A stretch of DNA of 64,000 nucleotides from Flavobacteriales bacterium (GTDB taxonomy: Bacteria; Bacteroidota; Bacteroidia; Palsa-965): contig JBEIPA010000010.1 of the NCBI GenBank assembly GCA_040377305.1, positions 32,001 to 96,000 of the forward strand, given 5' to 3'. Position 1 is the stretch's first letter, and each line of letters begins with the position of its first letter. Below the pieces are notes generated by a model. It was not told where the DNA came from. It worked only from the letters and a program-made list of their open reading frames with translations, and made no database searches. The position numbers and the translations under genes are program-made. Positions 58,253 to 64,000 of the stretch are shown piece after piece.

Positions 58253-61071
58253 TATTTACAGGTCGCGTCAACTTTCGACTGCGCCGCTGAAATCGAGTTC
58301 TTTTCTGCTGCGTCTGCGTTAGATTTAGCCGTCTTATTTGCGTCGTCCGCTTTCTTGCGCAATGCATCTGCCGCAGCTTTCTTGGCAGCTTTCTCTAAAG
58401 GATTCTTAAAGCTCTTCTCTACTTTATCGGCTTCTGCATAAGCTGCAGTCTTGGCATCATCAGCAAGTTTATATGCCGAAACTTTAGCATTCGCTGCATT
58501 GGTTTTCGCCGCATCAAGTTGCTTTCTAGCTTCTTCACATCCTTTGTCCGTCACAACCGTAACAACGCTGTCTTTAGCCTTATCAACAATCGCAGTTACC
58601 TGATCCTGGAGATTTACGCCCGCTTCTTTCAGGTTAACTGAAACTTTAGGATCTGTAACTGTGTTGGTAAAGAGAGCCTGAACGTTCACCATATCCCCAA
58701 GTGTAAATGGAATTCCTTTCGCCTGAACTCCGGAAACCATTCCGTTGAGCGCTGCGTTTGCCGGACCGAATTCAGTACGCGGAATAGAAATGTCCATAAC
58801 GTAATTGATTGTCTGATCGACTTTCGTAGTTCCACCCATTTTCCCTGCGGCTTTCCCAACGGTGAAATCAAAAGGCTCAGTTGTTACAGCACCATTTACA
58901 ATCTGGAAGCTCATTGCTTTGATATCCTGGAAAGTCACCTTGCTGAATTTATTCATCTTCAAAGCTTCGTCGAGCTTCTTCATTGCAGGAAAACCATCCA
59001 CGACTACAGATGAAGTGCTCAGAGTTCCACCCCCGTTCATCGTTTCAACAATTGGAGTCATATCCGGGCCAAGGTCACTCGTGTAATTCATCGAGGTCGA
59101 GAATCGTCCTGTTGTGTATTGTCCCACAGGAGCGATTGACTGCAACGTGTTGAACGTCTTGAATGTTTGCTGCACATCAAAGTTCGAAATGTCCATTTTG
59201 AAATTCACTTTCGGAACCATTACATTTTGTGTGCTGTAATAACCATTCACAACCATGTTCCCACCCATGAGATTCATCTTAAGGTTGGAAAGATCAACCA
59301 TGCTGTTTCGAACCGTTACTGTTCCTGAAACTGCATCCATGTTGATATCATCGTAAATCAATTTCGTGATTGTAGAGTTCAATACAAAGTCGATGTTGGC
59401 AGGAACCGGAATAACTTCCATTGCGGCTGAATCTTGTGCAGTTGGAGCTGCGCTTGATTCTTCTTCGCTGGCGAAAACATTCAGGTCCATCATTGCAGAA
59501 TTGAAATTGAATCTGCCGGTGAGCATGCTGTCTTTGAAGAGCCACTGCATCACATTTTCAACGCGACCATTTGCATGCACGTCGTTCTTGCCCAACATTG
59601 CGTCGAGTTTGCTGAGATCGACAAACTGCGGAGAAAAAGTCATGTTCATGGCAGAGACGTTCGTTGCATACGGATCTGCTTTGGCTTTGTACATCAAATT
59701 GCTCACGTCGAGTTTACCGGCACACTGGAACTCATCGTACTTCTCCTGTTCAATCTGAGACATGCGCCCTTTCATCTTCACGTCTGCATCAACAATTCCT
59801 GTGAGTTGGTCTTCTTTATCAAGCGGCATGATGTCTTTCACTGAAGCGAGATCAAGCTTGCCTTTCACCCAACCGTCGAGACTTGCATCTGAAACAGGAG
59901 TTGCAACATGAAGCGCAGCGTCGATCGGATTGCCTCCAAAGTCCATGTGGAATGTATTGATATCGATCTTCGTATCATCCGGAACTCCGGAAGCGTCATC
60001 AATTTTACAATCGATGTTGATTGCTGAAACCGCTTTCGGAACAGAAGGATACTGAAACATTCCGTCTTTGATCTGCAGGTTCAATCCGAAACCAGGAGAA
60101 GTTCCGAGAGCTTCGCTGTACTTTCCTTTGAGATAACCGTCGAATGCAAGTGTACCAGCAGTTTTTACATCTGCGAAATCAGCAGTATACGCTCCCGGAA
60201 TCAAAGACAGGAAGCTTTTGAACTCCGCTTGTTTAGCCGCAAACTTCATATCCATATCATAGTTGTCTCCCGGCATTGCGAAGAAACCATCCAGACCAAA
60301 TCCAAGTTCATTCAACGAAAATTCATTCTCTTTGAAAGTGAATTTCCAATTGATCATGTCCATAGCAAGATCCGCTTTCGCAGTCGTTTTCACGTTGATG
60401 AGATAAGGCACACCATCGTAATCGCAAGTAAAGCGTTCGATCGTAGTCATCGTTTCCATGTCGAACAAATCCTGCGTGAAATCGCCATTCAGAGTATGGG
60501 TGAAATCGTCGAGCGTAACTTTCATTGGCAAAGTCATGTCGTCGTAAACAATGTATGCATGATCTATTTCAAGACTCTTGAGCGACATTTTGAATGGTGT
60601 TGCGTCCGCGGTTGGTGCAGCTGCAGCTGTATCCGTTGATGGTTTCGCGATATCGTAGCTCGCAGTACCATCGGGAAGAACTTTCACGAAGATGCGTGCG
60701 TTCTCGAGTTCAATCGAATTGATTTCGTAGTTGTCGCCACTGATTACACTCATCAGATCAAGGTCCAGCTTTAATGCCGGAATAGAACATAGTGTATCAC
60801 CATCAAATTGCCCTTGCCCAACAACTTTCAGATCGCTGATTGAAAAGCGGAAATCGGGGAAACTGCTGAAGAGTGACAAATCGAAATCGCCGAACGTAAC
60901 GGTAGCGTTCACGTTGTTGTTGATTTCAGCTTTCGCCATCTCAACAATCTTTCCTTTGAAGAGGAAAGGCAGTGCAACAATGGTAATGATCAGAAGAAGA
61001 AGTGTGATTCCCGACCATTTCAGGATTCGACGTGCAAGGCTCTTTTTCTTTTTCGGTGTAGTGTCGCTCAT
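58252..61071 (-). CDS. AsmA-family envelope-spanning protein
   Basis: N-terminal anchor, LSLFSSFPD motif, long beta-rich body, Ala/Lys-rich helical C-terminus. Confidence 0.85.
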   Translation of the reverse strand: MSDTTPKKKKSLARRILKWSGITLLLLIITIVALPFLFKGKIVEMAKAEINNNVNATVTFGDFDLSLFSSFPDFRFSISDLKVVGQGQFDGDTLCSIPALKLDLDLMSVISGDNYEINSIELENARIFVKVLPDGTASYDIAKPSTDTAAAAPTADATPFKMSLKSLEIDHAYIVYDDMTLPMKVTLDDFTHTLNGDFTQDLFDMETMTTIERFTCDYDGVPYLINVKTTAKADLAMDMINWKFTFKENEFSLNELGFGLDGFFAMPGDNYDMDMKFAAKQAEFKSFLSLIPGAYTADFADVKTAGTLAFDGYLKGKYSEALGTSPGFGLNLQIKDGMFQYPSVPKAVSAINIDCKIDDASGVPDDTKIDINTFHMDFGGNPIDAALHVATPVSDASLDGWVKGKLDLASVKDIMPLDKEDQLTGIVDADVKMKGRMSQIEQEKYDEFQCAGKLDVSNLMYKAKADPYATNVSAMNMTFSPQFVDLSKLDAMLGKNDVHANGRVENVMQWLFKDSMLTGRFNFNSAMMDLNVFASEEESSAAPTAQDSAAMEVIPVPANIDFVLNSTITKLIYDDINMDAVSGTVTVRNSMVDLSNLKMNLMGGNMVVNGYYSTQNVMVPKVNFKMDISNFDVQQTFKTFNTLQSIAPVGQYTTGRFSTSMNYTSDLGPDMTPIVETMNGGGTLSTSSVVVDGFPAMKKLDEALKMNKFSKVTFQDIKAMSFQIVNGAVTTEPFDFTVGKAAGKMGGTTKVDQTINYVMDISIPRTEFGPANAALNGMVSGVQAKGIPFTLGDMVNVQALFTNTVTDPKVSVNLKEAGVNLQDQVTAIVDKAKDSVVTVVTDKGCEEARKQLDAAKTNAANAKVSAYKLADDAKTAAYAEADKVEKSFKNPLEKAAKKAAADALRKKADDANKTAKSNADAAEKNSISAAQSKVDATCK

Positions 61072-61238
61072 AGTTGTAAAATTGTATTCAAAGATCGCGT
61101 AAAAAGGTTTCCGGTTCCCTGTTTCCCGGTTTCCTGTTTAAAAGTTTTAACGTACGTATTTCAGGTTAGGAATCGACGAATAGATGGCACGATCGCCTTG
61201 TTTCCACAAGGGATGCACTGAAAATCGGGAACAGGGAA

Positions 61239-62321
61239 CTATTGAGAAGATTGGTGACGAAGCAGATGATCAGCTATCACCATTGCAGCCATAGCTTCCA
61301 CAACCGCAACCGCACGCGGAACAACACAAGGATCGTGGCGTCCTTTGCCCATCATTTCAACAGGCTGACCTTTTTTATTGACGGTCATTTGTTTCTGAAT
61401 GATTGTAGCTACAGGTTTGAATGCAACACGGAAATAAATGTCTTCGCCGTTGGAGATTCCGCCTTGTATTCCGCCAGAATGATTGGTGCGGGTGGCAACT
61501 TTTCTGTCGTTTTCAGCAGGAACAAATGCATCATTATGCGTTGATCCATTCATTCCCGGAGCATCAAAGCCACTTCCGTAGTCGAAGCCTTTAACTGCGT
61601 TGATACTGAGCATTCCTTTGCCAAGATCGGCATGTAATTTGTCGAAAACGGGTTCGCCCAATCCCGGTTTTACACCCTGGATGAGAGCACTAACGACTCC
61701 GCCTACAGTATCTCCGTCTTTGCGCGTCGATTCGATTAAGGAAATCATTTCTTTCGCTGCAACGGGATCAGGACAACGTACCATGTTGCCTTCCGTCAGC
61801 GATAAATTCAGCATGCGGTAATCTTTCGAAATGGAAATTGTTCCAACCTGAGAAACCCAGGCCTGAATTTTCACGTTGTGTTTGGCAAGAATCATTTTGG
61901 CAATGGCTCCACCAACAACACGACAAGCTGTTTCACGTGCAGATGACCTTCCTCCTCCACGATGATCGCGAAAACCGTATTTGACATCGTAAGTATAGTC
62001 GGCGTGGGAAGGACGATATACTTCCTTCAATGCATCGTAATCCGAAGAGCGTTGGTCGCTGTTGCGAATGATAAATCCGATTGGTGCCCCAGTCGTTTTG
62101 TTCTCGAATATTCCGGAGAGAAATTCTACTTCGTCGGCTTCTTTTCGCTGTGTTACGATCTTCGATTGACCGGGTTTTCGTCGACGCATATCATCGCGCA
62201 CAAGCTCGAAGTCGAAATCAATTCCTGCAGGACAACCGTCTACCACGCCTCCAATAGCCACGCCATGCGATTCGCCAAAAGTGGTTAAGCGGAAGAGGGT
62301 TCCAAAGGAGTTGCCGGCCAT
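61239..62321 (-). CDS. aroC: Chorismate synthase
   Basis: [47 protein letters not shown]. Confidence 0.98.
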   Translation of the reverse strand: MAGNSFGTLFRLTTFGESHGVAIGGVVDGCPAGIDFDFELVRDDMRRRKPGQSKIVTQRKEADEVEFLSGIFENKTTGAPIGFIIRNSDQRSSDYDALKEVYRPSHADYTYDVKYGFRDHRGGGRSSARETACRVVGGAIAKMILAKHNVKIQAWVSQVGTISISKDYRMLNLSLTEGNMVRCPDPVAAKEMISLIESTRKDGDTVGGVVSALIQGVKPGLGEPVFDKLHADLGKGMLSINAVKGFDYGSGFDAPGMNGSTHNDAFVPAENDRKVATRTNHSGGIQGGISNGEDIYFRVAFKPVATIIQKQMTVNKKGQPVEMMGKGRHDPCVVPRAVAVVEAMAAMVIADHLLRHQSSQ

Positions 62322-62331
62322 GAGTCAAAAG

Positions 62332-62409
62332 TAGTAAATAGGCGATAGTAAATAGGCGATAGTGGATCGACACTCCACTATTGCCTATCGCCTATGGTCT
62401 ATTGCCTAC
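62332..62409. repeat. Inverted heptamer array
   Basis: TAGTAAA TAGGCGA TAGTAAA TAGGCGA TAGTGGA - TCCACTA TTGCCTA TCGCCTA TGGTCTA TTGCCTA. Confidence 0.8.
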
Positions 62410-62415
62410 TACCGG

Positions 62416-63252
62416 CTAACGCCAATGACGACGATAAACGCCATTCGCTGCAGCAAAAATGCCAAGCCCGTTGTTTACGTTCGTGTAAATCAACGTTGGT
62501 TCAGCGAAAGGATTGTCTCCCGAGTAATTCTCAATTGACTTGTGGAAGGAATAATAATCGTAATTCCCGTGCATCAGGTAAACATCAATCGCTAGTATCG
62601 AATCTCCATTGTACACATAGTAATACGAAGTGAAGTTTCTGCTGATTCTAGTACCGTCGGCATTATCATCGGTGTATAATTCCCATCCTACCCGCTGGAA
62701 ACTTGTGTCAATGCTCCACTGCGCATACGACACATGGTACGGAACGAAGCGATAAAAATCCTGTTGACCTGCCGGATCATCGAATGAATAGGTGATGCGC
62801 GCTTGTCCCTCATAACCCGACGGATCCTGATTGGTAATAGTGTCATTCATTGTGCTCGTAAAATTTACCGGAGCACTGGGAACGATTGTGTACGCATCAG
62901 CATTCAATCCAGACGGAATGCTAACTACAATGTGATATTCATTACCTCCCAGAATGGGAAAAGTACTTGCCGCTGCTTCATAACTGTCAGTGTTTGCATT
63001 GTATGTGAGCAAAACTGAGGAGCTGTTGCCATACAGTGTAACTGTTGCGTCTGTAAGAGGACCATTATTTATTGTTGATCCAAATACGGGTTGACTCAAG
63101 GAAATCTTCGCGCGAATAATAGAATCCTGAGGGGTGATGAAACAATTAATCACCAATTCAGGATCAACTTCAGGAACATCAACGTTTGCATCTTGTTCAC
63201 AGGCAGTGAAAGCGAGAAAAAACAGCGGAAGGAAATAGAGTATCTTCTTCAT
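62416..63252 (-). CDS. DUF4249-family lipoprotein
   Basis: Lipobox FTAC; PELVINCFI, FDDPAGQQDFY, PFAEPTLIYTNVNNGLGIFAA; follows a TonB-dependent receptor gene. Confidence 0.85.
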   Translation of the reverse strand: MKKILYFLPLFFLAFTACEQDANVDVPEVDPELVINCFITPQDSIIRAKISLSQPVFGSTINNGPLTDATVTLYGNSSSVLLTYNANTDSYEAAASTFPILGGNEYHIVVSIPSGLNADAYTIVPSAPVNFTSTMNDTITNQDPSGYEGQARITYSFDDPAGQQDFYRFVPYHVSYAQWSIDTSFQRVGWELYTDDNADGTRISRNFTSYYYVYNGDSILAIDVYLMHGNYDYYSFHKSIENYSGDNPFAEPTLIYTNVNNGLGIFAAANGVYRRHWR

Positions 63253-63256
63253 CGCG

Positions 63257-64000
63257 TTAAAATTTGATTGTCCATGATACGGAAGGAATGATCGGGAAGA
63301 GCGAAACCTGTTTCAGCCTGCGTTCTGTTCCGGAATTATTATAACCTATGTAATAGAAGAACGGATTCTTGTGGTTATACAAATTGTAGAAGCTCACTTC
63401 GAATGTGCGTTCCCAATGTTTCATCTGCTTTCTGAACTGAACGCCCACGTCCATCCGATGATATGCTTCCATCCGGAAACTATTTTTCTCTCCGTAATCA
63501 CTTACAAACCATTGCCAGTTATTCTGAGGCAAGACCTGCTGACCCGAAGCCGGATCATGATCAACAACTGAATACTCAGCTTGCGGAAGCGTGATTGCAG
63601 CGCCGGTTCCAAATACCCAGGTTGCAGAAATCGTGATGTTATCGCTCAGGTTGTAAATTCCCACAACGGAAATATCATTCCTCCGATCCTGACGAGCGTA
63701 ATACTTCTTGCCAAAGTTGATTGAATCAAACTGCAGCCACGTCCATGACAACGTATATCCAACCCAACCGGTGAACTTCCCGACTTTACGCTGAACCAGC
63801 AATTCGAATCCGTAGCTCTCTCCTGTACCGGAAGTGACATTCTTTTCCCAGGAAATTTCAGAACCTTCTTCGAAATCACCAACCAACAAGAAACTCGCTC
63901 CGTCTTTGTAACCGAGTACATCAGACGATTGCTTGTAGTATGCTTCCGCAGTTACCATCAATTTATACTTCGGAATATCGCGAGCATAACCCATCGCCAC
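63257..64000 (-). CDS. TonB-dependent receptor, C-terminal part (start lies outside the window)
   Basis: GESYGFEL, GWVGYTLS, YHRMDV, YNLYNHKNPF, terminal PSVSWTIKF. Confidence 0.88.
   Translation of the reverse strand: MAMGYARDIPKYKLMVTAEAYYKQSSDVLGYKDGASFLLVGDFEEGSEISWEKNVTSGTGESYGFELLVQRKVGKFTGWVGYTLSWTWLQFDSINFGKKYYARQDRRNDISVVGIYNLSDNITISATWVFGTGAAITLPQAEYSVVDHDPASGQQVLPQNNWQWFVSDYGEKNSFRMEAYHRMDVGVQFRKQMKHWERTFEVSFYNLYNHKNPFFYYIGYNNSGTERRLKQVSLFPIIPSVSWTIKF

Overview
64 kb of a Bacteroidota chromosome. Evidence for the phylum: short RpoD-type primary sigma factor, TAnnTTTG promoters, type IX secretion (T9SS) cargo, and PorP/PorE-family genes. Housekeeping genes (dapF, htrA/degP, rpoD, long-form gap, trxA, tRNA-Asp, nth, hemF, guaA, aroC, AsmA, a TonB-dependent receptor) are interspersed with many secreted or surface proteins and signalling modules. 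No CRISPR array, integrase or transposase was seen. The most notable observations are: (1) two or three orphan, strongly base-paired intergenic RNA candidates (14335-14507 four-way junction; 4138-4290 enclosed by a 30-bp inverted repeat; 10899-11052); (2) a tightly coupled five-gene operon linking a 1803-aa T9SS type-B adhesin, PorP/SprF, a PD40-PKD protein, an unknown secreted protein and a beta-propeller sensor with a PP2C (SpoIIE) output; (3) an XRE-S24 repressor and divergent small gene into which a REP-like repeat has inserted in-frame three times; (4) sequence-unrelated 7-9-mer inverted tandem arrays at many gene junctions; (5) a degenerate ABC ATPase with an extra N-terminal helical domain. 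All family calls come from motif recognition by eye; no database searches or folding programs were run.
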